Origin: Eledone cirrhosa
Taxonomy: Eukaryota
Assembly: GCA_964016885.1 (NCBI GenBank)
Contig: OZ024762.1
Span: 8,432,001-8,496,000, forward strand
Length of the DNA: 64,000 nucleotides
Direction of reading: 5' to 3'
The position numbers and the translations under genes are program-made. The notes under the pieces were generated by a model. It was given only the letters and a program-made list of their open reading frames with translations. It ran no database searches and was not told where the DNA came from. Shown here one piece after another: positions 49,720-63,443 of this stretch; position 1 is the first letter of the stretch, and the number at the start of each line of letters is the position of its first letter.

Positions 49720-51100
49720 AAACAACAACAAGACCACCATTAACACCAACACCAATAGGGCCAATATTAACAACAACAATATCAACAACCTCAATAGCAA
49801 CACCAAAAACACCAACAAGACCAACAACATCAACAAAACCAACATCAGTGTGACCACCACTGACGCCACCATGAAAAATACCACTAACATCAACAACAAC
49901 AAGACCAACATCACCAATAACAACTACACCACAAACACCACCACCACCAACACCACCACCAACATCACCACCAACAACACCACCAACAACAACACCACTA
50001 CCACCAACATCACCACCAACAACAACACCACCACCAACATCACCAACAATATGACCACCAACAACACCACCACCACCAACATCACCACCACCAACACCAC
50101 CAACAACACCGCCACCAACATCACCACCAACACCACCACCAACACCACCACCAACAACACCAACACCACCACCAACAACACCTCCACCAACATCACCACC
50201 ACCAACACCGCAATACCAACAACAACACCACCAGCACCACCAATAGAACTAACAACACCAACAACAACACTACCATCAAATCCACCACCACCAAAACCAC
50301 CACTACCAACAGCAACACCAACAACACCATCTCCAACAACACCACCAACACCACCAACAACATCACCACCACTACCAACAGCAACACCAACAACACCATC
50401 TCCAACAACAACACCACCACCAACATCACCACCACTACCAACAACAACACCAACAACACCATCTCCAACAACAACAACAACAACAACAACAGAGATATTT
50501 TAATCCAGAAAGGGAACAGATTTCACCATTCCAGAATCTGGTGGGAATCTGAGAACAAAAATTACAAACGCCATCTTTGATTGAAATATCCATGTTGTTT
50601 TTTGACAGCTAGTATAGATATGGTGTGATAGTAGTAGTAGTGGTAGTAGTAGTAGTAGTATTTGTAGTAGTAGTAGTAATGGTGGTGGAGGTGGTGGGGT
50701 GGTGATGACAGCGGTGGTATTGCCATGGTGGTGGTGGTGGTGGTGTTGACAGTGGTGGTATTGCAGTGGTGGTGGTGTTGTTGTTGTTGTTGTTGATGGT
50801 GGTGGTGGCGGGGGGTGATGGTAGTGGTGGTGGTGGTGGGGTGGTGATAGCAGTGGTGGAGTGGTGGTATTGATGGTTGTAGTGATGTTGGAGGGGGTGA
50901 TAGTGTGGTGGTGGTGGTGATGGTGACAGTGGTAGTGATGGTTTATTTTAGTGTTGGTGGGAGTGGTGTTGGTGTTGGTGGTGAAAGTTGTAGTGCTAGT
51001 TGTGATGGTGGTAGTAATGGTCTGTATAAGTGTTGGTGGGAGTGGTGTTGGTGATGATGGTGATGCTGGTCTATATTGGTGGTGGTGGTGGTGGTGATCT
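49720..51100. repeat. (CAA/CAC)n tract followed by an oppositely oriented (GGT/GTA)n tract
   Basis: Directly visible. Confidence 0.9.
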
Positions 51101-51374
51101 ATGTTGAATGGGGAGGGGTGTATTGAAGATTGGATTGAATTAATTATTGAGAGAGAGGGGAGGAGGTAAAGGTGAATATAATGTTTCAGTCTTTTGTCCT
51201 TCATCAGAAAAAGAGGAAGAGGAGATTTTTGTACATGTCTATGAAAGAGATGTAGTGATGAGAGAGAAGCAGTAAGAAAATGCACAGGATTGTATGTATG
51301 AGGCTGTGGGTTCGATTCCTGGACTGGGTCCTCTTGAGCAAGATACTTCATTTCACATTGATTTTCATGATATG

Positions 51375-54300
51375 ACTGGGGTCCCTCTCCTAGGAGTTAC
51401 AAACATAGAAGGCCAGCTGAACCTCCATAGGTATGAGCTGTAAAAACAACATAATAGGACTAGGGTCCCTAACATTAAAACATCTAAGAAAGGTCCTATG
51501 AGATACATCCTCATAAGAGACCAACTAAACCTGTAAAGGTGTGAACTGTAACAACAGCACACATAGATATATATATGATAGGACTTGGGCCCCTAACATT
51601 AAAACATCCAAGAAACCTCCTATGAGATACAACTTCATAGGAAACCAACTAAACCTGTAAAGGTGTGAACTGTAACAACAGCACACATAGATATATATAT
51701 GATAGGATTAGGGCCCCTAACATTAAATCATCCAAGAAACCTCCTATGAGATACAACTTCATAGGAAACCAACTAAACCTGTAAAGGTGTGAACTGTAAC
51801 AACAGCACACATAGATATATATATGATAGGATTAGGGCTCCTAACATTAAATCATCCAAGAAACCTCCTATGAGATACAAACTCATAGGAGACCAACTAA
51901 ACCTGTAAAGGTGTGAACTGTAACAACAGCACACATAGATATATATATGATAGGACTTGGGCCCCTAACATTAAAACATCCAAGAAACCTCCTATGAGAT
52001 ACAACTTCATAGGAAACCAACTAAACCTGTAAAGGTGTGAACTGTAACAACAGCACACATAGATATATATATGATAGGATTAGGGCTCCTAACATTAAAT
52101 CATCCAAGAAACCTCCTATGAGATACAAACTCATAGGAGACTAGCTAAACCTGTAAAGGTATGAGCTGTAACAACAGCACACATAGATATATATATGATA
52201 GGACTTGGGCCCCTAACATTAAAACATCCAAGAAACCTCCTATGAGATACAACTTCATAGGAAACCAACTAAACCTGTAAAGGTGTGAACTGTAACAACA
52301 GCACACATAGATATATATATGCTAGGACTTGGGCCCCTAACATTAAAACATCCAAGAAACCTCCTATGAGATACAAACTCATAGGAAACCAACTAAACCT
52401 GTAAAGGTGTGAACTGTAACAACAGCACACAGATATATATATGATAGGACTTGGGCCCCTAACATTAAAACATCCAAGAAACCTCCTATGAGATACAACT
52501 TCATAGGAAACCAACTAAACCTGTAAAGGTGTGAACTGTAACAACAGCACACATAGATATATATATGATAGGACTTGGGCCCCTAACATTAAAACATCCA
52601 AGAAACCTCCTATGAGATACAACTTCATAGGAAACCAACTAAACCTGTAAAGGTGTGAACTGTAACAACAGCACACATAGATATATATATGATAGGATTA
52701 GGGCTCCTAACATTAAATCATCCAAGAAACCTCCTATGAGATACAAACTCATAGGAGACTAGCTAAACCTGTAAAGGTATGAGCTGTAACAACAGCACAC
52801 ATAGATATATATATGATAGGACTTGGGCCCCTAACATTAAAACATCCAAGAAACCTCCTATGAGATACAACTTCATAGGAAACCAACTAAACCTGTAAAG
52901 GTGTGAACTGTAACAACAGCACACATAGATATATATATGCTAGGACTTGGGCCCCTAACATTAAAACATCCAAGAAACCTCCTATGAGATACAACTTCAT
53001 AGGAAACCAACTAAACCTGTAAAGGTGTGAACTGTAACAACAGCACACAGATATATATATGATAGGACTTGGGCCCCTAACATTAAAACATCCAAGAAAC
53101 CTCCTATGAGATACAACTTCATAGGAAACCAACTAAACCTGTAAAGGTGTGAACTGTAACAACAGCACACATAGATATATATATGATAGGACTTGGGCCC
53201 CTAACATTAAAACATCCAAGAAACCTCCTATGAGATACAACTTCATAGGAAACCAACTAAACCTGTAAAGGTGTGAACTGTAACAACAGCACACATAGAT
53301 ATATATATGCTAGGACTTGGGCCCCTAACATTAAAACATCCAAGAAACCTCCTATGAGATACAACTTCATAGGAAACCAACTAAACCTGTAAAGGTGTGA
53401 ACTGTAACAACAGCACACAGATATATATATGATAGGACTTGGGCCCCTAACATTAAAACATCCAAGAAACCTCCTATGAGATACAACTTCATAGGAAACC
53501 AACTAAACCTGTAAAGGTGTGAACTGTAACAACAGCACACACAGATATATATATGATAGGATTAGGGCTCCTAACATTAAAACATCCAAGAAACCTCCTA
53601 TGAGATACAACTTCATAGGAAACCAACTAAACCTGTAAAGGTGTGAACTGTAACAACAGCACACATAGATATATATATGATAGGACTTGGGCCCCTAACA
53701 TTAAAACATCCAAGAAACCTCCTATGAGATACAACTTCATAGGAAACCAACTAAACCTGTAAAGGTGTGAACTGTAACAACAGCACACACAGATATATAT
53801 ATGATAGGATTAGGGCTCCTAACATTAAAACATCCAAGAAACCTCCTATGAGATACAACTTCATAGGAAACCAACTAAACCTGTAAAGGTGTGAACTGTA
53901 ACAACAGCACACATAGATATATATATGATAGGACTTGGGCCCCTAACATTAAAACATCCAAGAAACCTCCTATGAGATACAACTTCATAGGAAACCAACT
54001 AAACCTGTAAAGGTGTGAACTGTAACAACAGCACACACAGATATATATATGATAGGATTAGGGCTCCTAACATTAAAACATCCAAGAAACCTCCTATGAG
54101 ATACAACTTCATAGGAAACCAACTAAACCTGTAAAGGTGTGAACTGTAACAACAGCACACATAGATATATATATGATAGGACTTGGGCCCCTAACATTAA
54201 AACATCCAAGAAACCTCCTATGAGATACAACTTCATAGGAAACCAACTAAACCTGTAAAGGTGTGAACTGTAACAACAGCACACATAGATATATATATGA

Positions 54301-54525
54301 TAGGATTAGGGCTCCTAACATTAAATCATCCAAGAAACCTCCTATGAGATACAACCTCATAGGGAGACCAGCTAAACCTGTAAAGGTGTGAACTGTAACA
54401 ACAGCACACATAGATATATATATATGATAAGATTGGAGCCCCTAACATTAAAACATCGAAGAAACCTCCTATGAGATACAACCTCATAGGAGACCAGCTA
54501 AACCTGTAAAGGTGTGAGCTGTGAA
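51375..54525. repeat. 124 bp satellite, ~25 highly homogeneous units with degenerate edges
   Basis: ctgtaaaggtgtgaactgtaacaacagc at 51531, 51655 and onward. Variant blocks recur at 370 bp (52887/53257). Confidence 0.95.
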
Positions 54526-54819
54526 TTTCATTGTATACACTACACTGGTTACTACTGAAGAATGTGAGTTATGTGTTTGACTTCATTTGGATTAAAAGTA
54601 GCAAGAGAGATAGAAGCAAGTCTGTTCTCCAAGTGAAGTTCTTCAAACTCCTTTGAGGATAAACTGGGGTGTGGTTGGTGTGTGTGTATATGTGTTAGGG
54701 GGCTTTATTATTGCAGTAGTCTATAGTCTATTTATGAAACAAGACTTCACAGAAAGCTTGTGTATCTAGAGAGAGAGAGAGAGAATGAAAGAGAAAGCTT
54801 CTGCTTACTATATTAAATA

Positions 54820-54859
<40 letters not shown>

Positions 54860-55366
54860 CACACACACATATATATATATAAATATTACAGAAGAGAACC
54901 AAATGTAACATACATCAGGAATTATTATTATTATTATTATTGCTGTTGTTACAAATAGAGTCTAGGGGGAAGACCCAGACAAATAATAATAATAATAATA
55001 AAAAAAACAACAACAACAAGGTATTAACGATATGAAAATAATAACAAGAGCCATAATAAATATATAAAAAGTTCTTAAACGGAATGTAATGTGTGTTAGG
55101 GGCTGAAACATAACAGTATCTATTACATTAGGGAACTTAAGGAAGTGACTATGGAGGAGGAAAGGGGGCAGAAGGTAGTGCATTAACTTAGAACCCCTTA
55201 AAATAGATTTAGGACAAGAGAGAGAAAGAGGGTTCAGTTATTGTTTTTAAGTAAGTTCTTCCATTATTGTACTCAGTAGCATATTTACATATAGGCTCTG
55301 TGGGTTGCAGCCCTGGACCTTATAGATTAGGGGTCATTATAGACTGAAGGACCTGATAGACTAGAG

Positions 55367-55763
55367 CAGTGGTCTCCAACATTTTTTATACCACAGACCA
55401 GCTTTATGCTAGACATTTATACCACAGACCAGCTTTATGCCAGACATTGCCAGACATTTATACCACAGACAGCTTTATGTTAGACATTGCCAGACATTTA
55501 TACCAGACAGCTTTATGTTAGACATTGCCAGACATTTATACCACAGACCAGCTTTATGCCAGACATTTATACCACAGACCAGCCTCATTCCAGACATTTA
55601 TACCACAGACCAGCCTCATGCCAGACATTTATGCCACAGACCAGCTTTATGCCAGACATTGCCAGACATTGAGAGACAAAGAGAGCAATAATAAAAAGAG
55701 CAATTTATTGAAGGGAAGAAAAAGTGTACTGAGTATATGAATATTAAATATTGGGGACCTCTG
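55367..55763. mobile_element. hAT (Charlie-like) MITE with internal tandem expansion
   Basis: TIRs cagtggtctccaa / ttggggacctctg. 8 bp TSD gactagag / gattagag (7/8). Subterminal tataccacagaccagctttatgccagacatt is amplified. Confidence 0.8.
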
Positions 55764-56389
55764 GATTAGAGGACCTGTAGACTAGGGGTCTTTATAAACT
55801 GAGGATCTTTATAAATTAGGGTCTTTATAGACTAGGGTTTTTATAGATTGGGGGTCTTTATAGTCTAGGGAGCTTTATAAGATAGTCCTACATATATGTA
55901 CTTTTAATTATTATTTAGTTTCTAGTAAGTAGGTGCTGAAGCCCTAAATGTTCTTTAGATCAGGGCCTCAACATCCTTCCATGTGTAGTTCTACATTTAT
56001 ATATTATTATTTACATTACCTTTTTTGTAAGTAGGTGCTGGGGTTCCTAAATGTTCTCTAACCCAAGGTCCGTAGTTGCTTTGACCTGACTCTGCTTGCA
56101 TGGGTTTAGGGAAATACCAGAACTTATCTAGGTTTTATGAGGGGCTATGCAGACAACAACAGCAGCAATTGTATAAAGGGGCAGTGGGTGGTGGGTGGGG
56201 TTTAATTCAGGATTCTATGGGGAGAGGAGTGACTGCAAAATTTGAGAGAGGAAATTGTTTTGAGGTTGAAAAATTCTTAATGGTTATTTTCAGGAATATA
56301 AGAATCATTTGAGATTCAGACACTCCCACAAAAACCTGATCCAGTTTTACAAACAATTAATGACATTGTTGTCATGAAATTTATCTTCT

Positions 56390-57186
56390 TTAACCCTTTA
56401 ATTACCAACCCGGCCAAAACAGGATCTGGTTCTATGAAATAAAACCACCCATTTTAAAGGTTTCCAATTTAAAATAAAATATTCCAACATGATTTGATAT
56501 AAGAACCTTACATTAACCCTTTAGCTACCAACCCAGCCAAACCAGGCTGTAGTTCTATGAAATAAAACCACCCATTTTAAAGGTTTCCAATTTAAAATAA
56601 AATATTCCAACATGATTTGATATAAGAACCTTACATTAACCCTTTAGCTACCAACCCAGCCAAACCAGGCTGTGGTTCTATGAAATAAAACCACCTATTT
56701 TAAAGGTTTCCAATTTAAAATAAAATATTCCAACATGATTTGATATAAGAATCTTACATTAACCCTTTAGCTACCAACCCAGCCAAACCAGGCTGTGGTT
56801 CTATGAAATAAAAGGTTTCCAATTTAAAACAAAATCTTTCAACTTAATTTCATATCAGAACCTTACAGTTACTATCTTAGTAATGATTTAATGATTTAAA
56901 AATTTTAGTAAATTCCTCGAAATTCTTCCTTCCTTAATTAAAATATTCTTCCTTCCTTAATTAAAATAGAGTTTACTTCATTAGATATATGGTCATGAAA
57001 GGATTAAAGGTTTCCAATTTAAAATATAATCTTCCAACATAATTTCATATTACATATCACCTTACATTAAGTTACTATCTTGGTAATGATTTAATGATTT
57101 AATAATTTTAATAAATCCCTCAAAATTCTTCCTTCCTTAATTAAAATAGAGTGTAGTTCATTAGAAATGCAGTCATGAAAGGGTTA
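56390..57186 (+). mobile_element. piggyBac-like MITE family B with 3 x 123 bp left-end repeats and a duplicated right part
   Basis: TTAAcccttta at 56390, 56513, 56636, 56759. Right ends gtcatgaaaggaTTAA (57007) and gtcatgaaagggtta (57186). Confidence 0.85.
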
Positions 57187-57357
57187 TGTGGTGGAATCTG
57201 ATGTTTATGTTAAAACAAGATTGTGTTATTATTTAATAATGTTGTATATGAAATTACTATGAAGTTAATTTAAGTTCGTTCATATAATGTAATAAACTGG
57301 TTGTATATAAAAGTATTAATGTTAAATTAATATGAAACCGTTAATGTTATATAGTAG

Positions 57358-57552
57358 TTGTTTCTACTTTTGGCACAAGGCCAGCAATTCGAAGGTGGGG
57401 AGTCGATTACATCGACCCCCCCCCCCCAGTGCATTACAGGTACTTTATTTTATCGACTGCGTAAAGATGAAAGGCAAAGCAAACTTTTGAACTCAGAACG
57501 TAAAGGGCCGTAACTCTATGCTGAAAAGCATGTTGTCTGACGCTCTACCGTC
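57358..57552 (-). mobile_element. S1 SINE
   Basis: Reverse copy of the family. Confidence 0.85.
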
Positions 57553-57684
57553 TCTATTGAGCTCGTCTGTCTTCGTGAAACTTTTGGTAAATGGAATAAT
57601 TGTCTTATGTTGTTTATTACATAACTAAATAGCTCTGTACCATACATAGAGCACTCTCCTTTTCTTTACCTTTCCTACGGAAAT

Positions 57685-57730
<46 letters not shown>

Positions 57731-57732
<2 letters not shown>

Positions 57733-57906
57733 GGTGTTGACTGAAAAGTTCATATGCTGACCAAGATACTCTCATGGTATGACCAAATGAGGTTTATTTT
57801 TCAACATAGTCACTGAAAAGAAACAATGTAGTTAATAAGAAGAGTTGAAATTAATGCCTGCTAGATTTCATAGTGAGCCTGTGAAGTTTTCAACCCACCG
57901 TTGTAT
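57731..57906. mobile_element. Degenerate mariner-like MITE
   Basis: Imperfect TIRs gactgaaaagttcatatgct / agcctgtgaagttttcaacc, resembling mariner termini. Confidence 0.5.
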
Positions 57907-58386
57907 ACCAGTTAATGTTATGTAATACATTGAGTTGTATATAAAAGTAGGGTTTTCCTACCATATGTCTGTGTGGGGATTGGGAGAGGGGTTGAACAGA
58001 GATGCTGGATTAGTGAAAGGTGAAGAACCAACTAGCAGAAGCCAGGAATATAATAATGCTGTGCCCCAGATTTTCTTATGTCAACAACAGTTGAATATAA
58101 AACATTTTGGTTTTTAAGCCTTCATTTTGTAGGTCAAGTATATAAACATATGTCCAGATATGGAGGAAGGGGTCGTTAATTCTGGGTTTTATTTGCAAGC
58201 ATGGCTGTGTAGTTAACATGATAAATTCATAACTACATGGTTGTGGGTTCGATCTCAGTGTATGGTACTTTGGGTAAAAGTCTTCATACTTTTCTTTCTT
58301 GTCCACCAGATATACAACAATCTCTTTCACTATGGCCACCACATGGAGGAAAACCACTTGGTCATCACCACCATATATATATATAA

Positions 58387-58671
58387 GGGTTAGGAAGGGC
58401 ATCCAACTGTAGAAAACCTGCCAGACAGTCCTATGCGAGCAAGACAATCACTCTTGCCTCAAGTGGGACTACCCCCGTCCAAACCCATGCAAGCGTGGAA
58501 CACGGACGTTAAACGTTGATGATGATGATGATGATGAAGGGCATCCAGCCGTAGAAAACCCGCCAGGCAGTCCTATACGAGCAAGACAACCAATCTTGCC
58601 TCAAGTGTGACAGTTCTCGTCCAAACCCATGCTAGCGTGGAAGATGGACGTTAAACGATGATGATGATGAT
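58387..58671 (+). mobile_element. Two tandem RTE-type tail fragments flanked by a ~58 bp direct duplication
   Basis: gaagggcatcca...(gat)n twice. Flanks acaatctctttcac.atg.ccacca..tggaggaaaac.ac.tggtcatc.ccacca at 58317-58373 and 58686-58742. Confidence 0.82.
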
Positions 58672-58769
58672 ATATATATATACACACAATCTCTTTCACC
58701 ATGACCACCATTTGGAGGAAAACTACCTGGTCATCTCCACCAGATTATATATATATATATATATAAAGG

Positions 58770-59573
58770 TTTAACCCTTTAGCATTTACATCACTCTATA
58801 TATACTATTTTATTTTCATGGTAAAGGCTTTATATCATATAATTACCTCACATAATATCGAATCTATGAGATTTCGAAATTATTTATTTTGAGAAGAATA
58901 CCTTAACATAAGTATGAGTTGCTGGTTATGGCTGGTTTGAACAGAAAGAGATGAAAGAATTATGGCCGGGCATGGCCGGTTTAACCCTTTAGTATTTCCA
59001 TTACTCTTGGCAGTATCGGTAGAGGGTCGGACGCCATGCTTTCCAGCATAGTTACGTCCCTTTACGATCTGAGTTCAAATCCCGCCGAGGTTGACTTTGC
59101 CTTTCATCTTTACGGGGTCGATAAAATAAAGTACCAGTAATGCACTGGGTAATTGCTGGCCTTGTGCCTAAAGTAGAAACAATTACTCTATATTTACTAT
59201 TGTATTTTCACGATAAAGGCTTTACTTCACATAATATCAAATCTATGAGAATTTGATATTATTTATTTTGAGAACAATACCTTAACACAAGTATGAGTGG
59301 CCAGTTACAGCCAGTTTGAACAGGAAGAAGTGAAAGAATTCTGGCTGGACATGGTTGGTTTAACCCTTTAGCATTTACATTAATCTATATATTATTGTAT
59401 TTTCATGGTAAAGGCTTTATCTCACATAATATCAAATCTATGAGATTTTGATATTATTTATTTTGAGAACAATACCTTAACATAAGTATGAGTTGCTGGT
59501 AACAGCTAATTTGAACAGAAAGAGGTGAAAGAATTCTAGGCAGATATGGCTGGTTTGAATGTTAAAGTGTTAA
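58770..59573 (+). mobile_element. Head-to-tail triple of MITE family A; the middle copy carries an S1 SINE (59008-59181, TSD attactct)
   Basis: Three TTAAccctttag starts (58770, 58981, 59360) and only one right TIR at the end. Confidence 0.87.
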
Positions 59574-59655
59574 AGGGTCACTTGACCTGCTAGAATTAGC
59601 AACCAAGTATCCCTCAAATCACACAATATCATCTGAAGAGGAACTGCATATTTGA

Positions 59656-59836
59656 TAATTGTTTCTACTTTTTGGCACAAGGCCAGCAATTACCCAGTAC
59701 ATTACTGGTACTTTATTTTATTGAACCCGTAAGGATGAAAGGCAAAGTTAACTTCGACGGGATTTAAACTCAGACCTTAAAGGGACGTAACTATGCTGGA
59801 AAGCATGGCGTCCGACCCTCTACCGATACTGCCAAA
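59656..59836 (-). mobile_element. S1 SINE
   Basis: Reverse copy of the family. Confidence 0.88.
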
Positions 59837-59959
59837 TGTAGTGCAGATGGAATTATAGCTAGACTTTAAATAAAGAGGGTTGAGAAACCAAATATTTCAG
59901 TATTAGCAGCCCCTTCCCTAATCATAGACAGACTTGGTGTCCACAGGGAAGGAAAGAGA

Positions 59960-61369
59960 ATATATATACATACACAGACATATATAAATATATAGATGTG
60001 GACATACACACAGAGACAGACCTATGCATATATATAGACATGCACACATATACACATTCATAGAGACATATATATACATACAGAGGCATATATATATATA
60101 GATACATGGGGACATACACATACATATATATATATATATAGATACATGTGGTCATACACACACACAGACTTATGCATATATATAGACATGCACACATACA
60201 CACACATACAGACATATATATATACACACACACAGGCATATATATAGGGATACTGCAGACATACAGACATATATATACACACACATGCATACATATATAT
60301 GTACAGATACATGCAGACATACATACATATATACACACACAGTCATATGCATATATATACCGATACATGCAGACATATACAAGTATATACACACACAGTC
60401 ATATGCATATATATACAGATACATGCAGACATACAGACATATATACACACAGACATGCATATATATACACACAGACACACATATATACATACACACAGAC
60501 AATACATATATACATATATACAGACATGCACACATACACACAGACAGACACACATACATATACACAGACATGCACACACACAGACAGACATATATACAAA
60601 CATGCACACACACATACATAGACCCACACACACACACAGACCCACACTCACAGACCCACCCATACACAGACCCACATACACACACACACACACAGACCCA
60701 TGCACACACACCCATACACACATACCCACATACACATACACAGACCCACATACACATAGACCCACACACACATACCCACATACACATACACACAGACCCA
60801 CACACAGACATACAAGTCGCCCACATATTTCCTATTATAATTTTTGTTACATTTTCATGTAATAATTTGATTTATTTTTGGTCGACTTGACACAGTGGAA
60901 TGGTGGTGGTGGTGGTGGTGGTGGTGGTGTGGTGGTGGTATGGTGGTGGTGGTGGTGTGGTGGTGGTGGTATGGTGGTATGGTGGTAGTGGTGGTATGGT
61001 GGTATGGTGGTATGGTGGTGGTGGTGGTGTGGTGGTGGTATGGTGGTATGGTGGTGGTGATGGTATGGTGGTGGTGGTGGTGTGGTGGTGGTATGGTGGT
61101 ATGGTGGTGGTGGTGGTATGGTGGTATGGTGGTAGTGGTGGTAGTGGTGGTATGGTGGTGTTGTTGTAGCGGTGATGGTAGTGGTGGTGTGGCACTGCTG
61201 ATAGTGGTGGTGGAATGGTTGATAGCTGTAGTGGTAGTGGTAGACTGGTGGTGTGGTGATGGTAGTTGTTGTTGTTGTGGAAGTGTTGTTGTAGTGCTGG
61301 TAGTGATGGTTGTGGTGGTGATGTTGGAGTCTTACATAAAATATTACCGGATGTCAAAATGGCAATGTT

Positions 61370-61413
<44 letters not shown>

Positions 61414-61416
61414 TAT

Positions 61417-61462
<46 letters not shown>

Positions 61463-61474
61463 TTATTTACATAC

Positions 61475-61515
<41 letters not shown>

Positions 61516-61768
61516 CACATATATACACACACACACACATATATACATATATATACACATGTATATATATATATACATATATATATATATACACATATAT
61601 ATATAAATATCTACACACACACGTAGTTCGTAGGTGCAAAGACGCACAAAACATACACACACACACACATATATATATGTATATATATATATATATAGGG
61701 AGAGAGATAATTACATGTAATAGCATTTCTAAGAGTATTTACAATTACACACTATATATATTTGTGTG

Positions 61769-61804
<36 letters not shown>

Positions 61805-62985
61805 TATATATGTATTATGTATATATACAGACACACACACTCACACCATATATATATGTATATATATATACATACACACACACTATATATATATATACAC
61901 ACACACATGCACACATTAAGAATGGTAATTAAAACAGCCAAATGCTAATGTTATATAAGGAATACAATTGGTTGTTGTTGTTGTTATTGTTGTTGTAATT
62001 GGTGGAATTGTGGCCAAAGTTCTGGGCAGGAAGGACTGGGTACAGTGGCGAGTAGGTTGAGGTAGGGGGAGATGTGTAACATGGATACTGAGAGAAGAGG
62101 GAGAGAGAGAGAGAGTCGGACCAGTGGCTTGAGTATAGGTGGTAGGAGAACAGCTAACCCCTGGACTGGGGTTTGGAGTAGAGGTGGTAGGAGAGCAGCT
62201 AACCCCTGGACTGCAGTTTGGAGTAGAGGTGGTAGGAGAGCAGTTAACCGCTATGAGCAGAGGCCATTGTAGTAGTGGTAGATGAAACATAGGGAGTAGA
62301 CAGTATGGCTGTAGGGTAAGGAACTTGAGTGTGTCAGAGACTGAGTTTTGCTAATTGCTCAAGTGGCTTTTGTCTAGATGTAGTCTAGAGAGTGTTTGGT
62401 GGTGGTGGTGGTGGGGTGTGTATGTGGAATGGGGGGTACGTGTGTGTGTGTGTGGGGGGGGGTTATATATGTGTGTGTGTGTGGGATGTGTGTATAGGAT
62501 GTATGTGTGTGGGGGGATGTGTGTGATGTGTATGTGTGGGATGTATGTGTGTGTGGGATGTGTATGTGTGGGATGTGTGTGTGTAGGCTGTATGTGTGGG
62601 ATATATGTATGGGATGTGTGTGTGTAAGCTGTATGTGTGGGCTGCATGTGTGTGTGGGATGCATGTGTGTGTGATGTGTGTGTGAAAGTGAGAGAGAAGT
62701 GTCGTGGATTAAACAAGGGCAACAACAGCAACAACATCCGTAACACCAACAACAACAACATCATCACCATCAACAACAACAACACCAATAACATCAACAG
62801 CACTAACAACACCAATAACAACAATACTATCAACAACAACAACATCAATAACAACAAAACCAATAACATCAAGAGCACTAACAACAATACCAATATCAAC
62901 AACACCAACAACAACAATAACAACACTAACACCAACACGAACAACATAAATAACAACAACAGCAACAACACCAATAACAACTAAA
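59960..62985. repeat. Mosaic of CA/TA, GGT, TG and CAA simple repeats
   Basis: Directly visible. Also a ~54 bp x2.5 repeat at 62135-62250. Confidence 0.88.
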
Positions 62986-63036
62986 AGTTTTCCTCAAGTG
63001 GTCCCTGGTCCTTTAACTTTTCTAACTCATTTCCCT

Positions 63037-63434
63037 TTAACCCTTTAACATTTAAACCAGCCATATCTGGTTACAATTCTCTCACCTCTTTCTGTTCAAA
63101 CTAGCTGTAACCGGCCACTCATACTGATGTTATAGTATTGTTCTCAAAATAAATAGCATCAAAATCTGATAGATTCGATATTATGTGAGATAATTATTAT
63201 TTCTACTTTAGGCACAAGGCCAGCGATTTTGGGGGAGGGGAAAGTCAATTAAATCGACCCCAGTGCATTACTGGTACTTTATTTTATCGACCCCGTAAGG
63301 ATGAAAGGCAAAGCTAACCTTGGTGAGATTTGAACTCATGGATTTGATATTATGTGAGATAATTATATGAGGTAGAGCCTTTACCATGAAAATATAATAG
63401 TAAATATAGAGTAATGGAAATGCTAAAGGGTTAA
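63037..63434 (-). mobile_element. MITE family A with a truncated S1 SINE inserted (63199-63337) and a ~29 bp TSD
   Basis: at(a/g)gatt(c/t)gatattatgtgagataattat is present on both sides of the SINE. Confidence 0.85.
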
Positions 63435-63443
63435 GTATCTATT

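Noticed and set aside
52269-53502. Three near-identical 81 aa hydrophobic ORFs
   Set aside because: By-product of the 124 bp satellite's higher-order periodicity.
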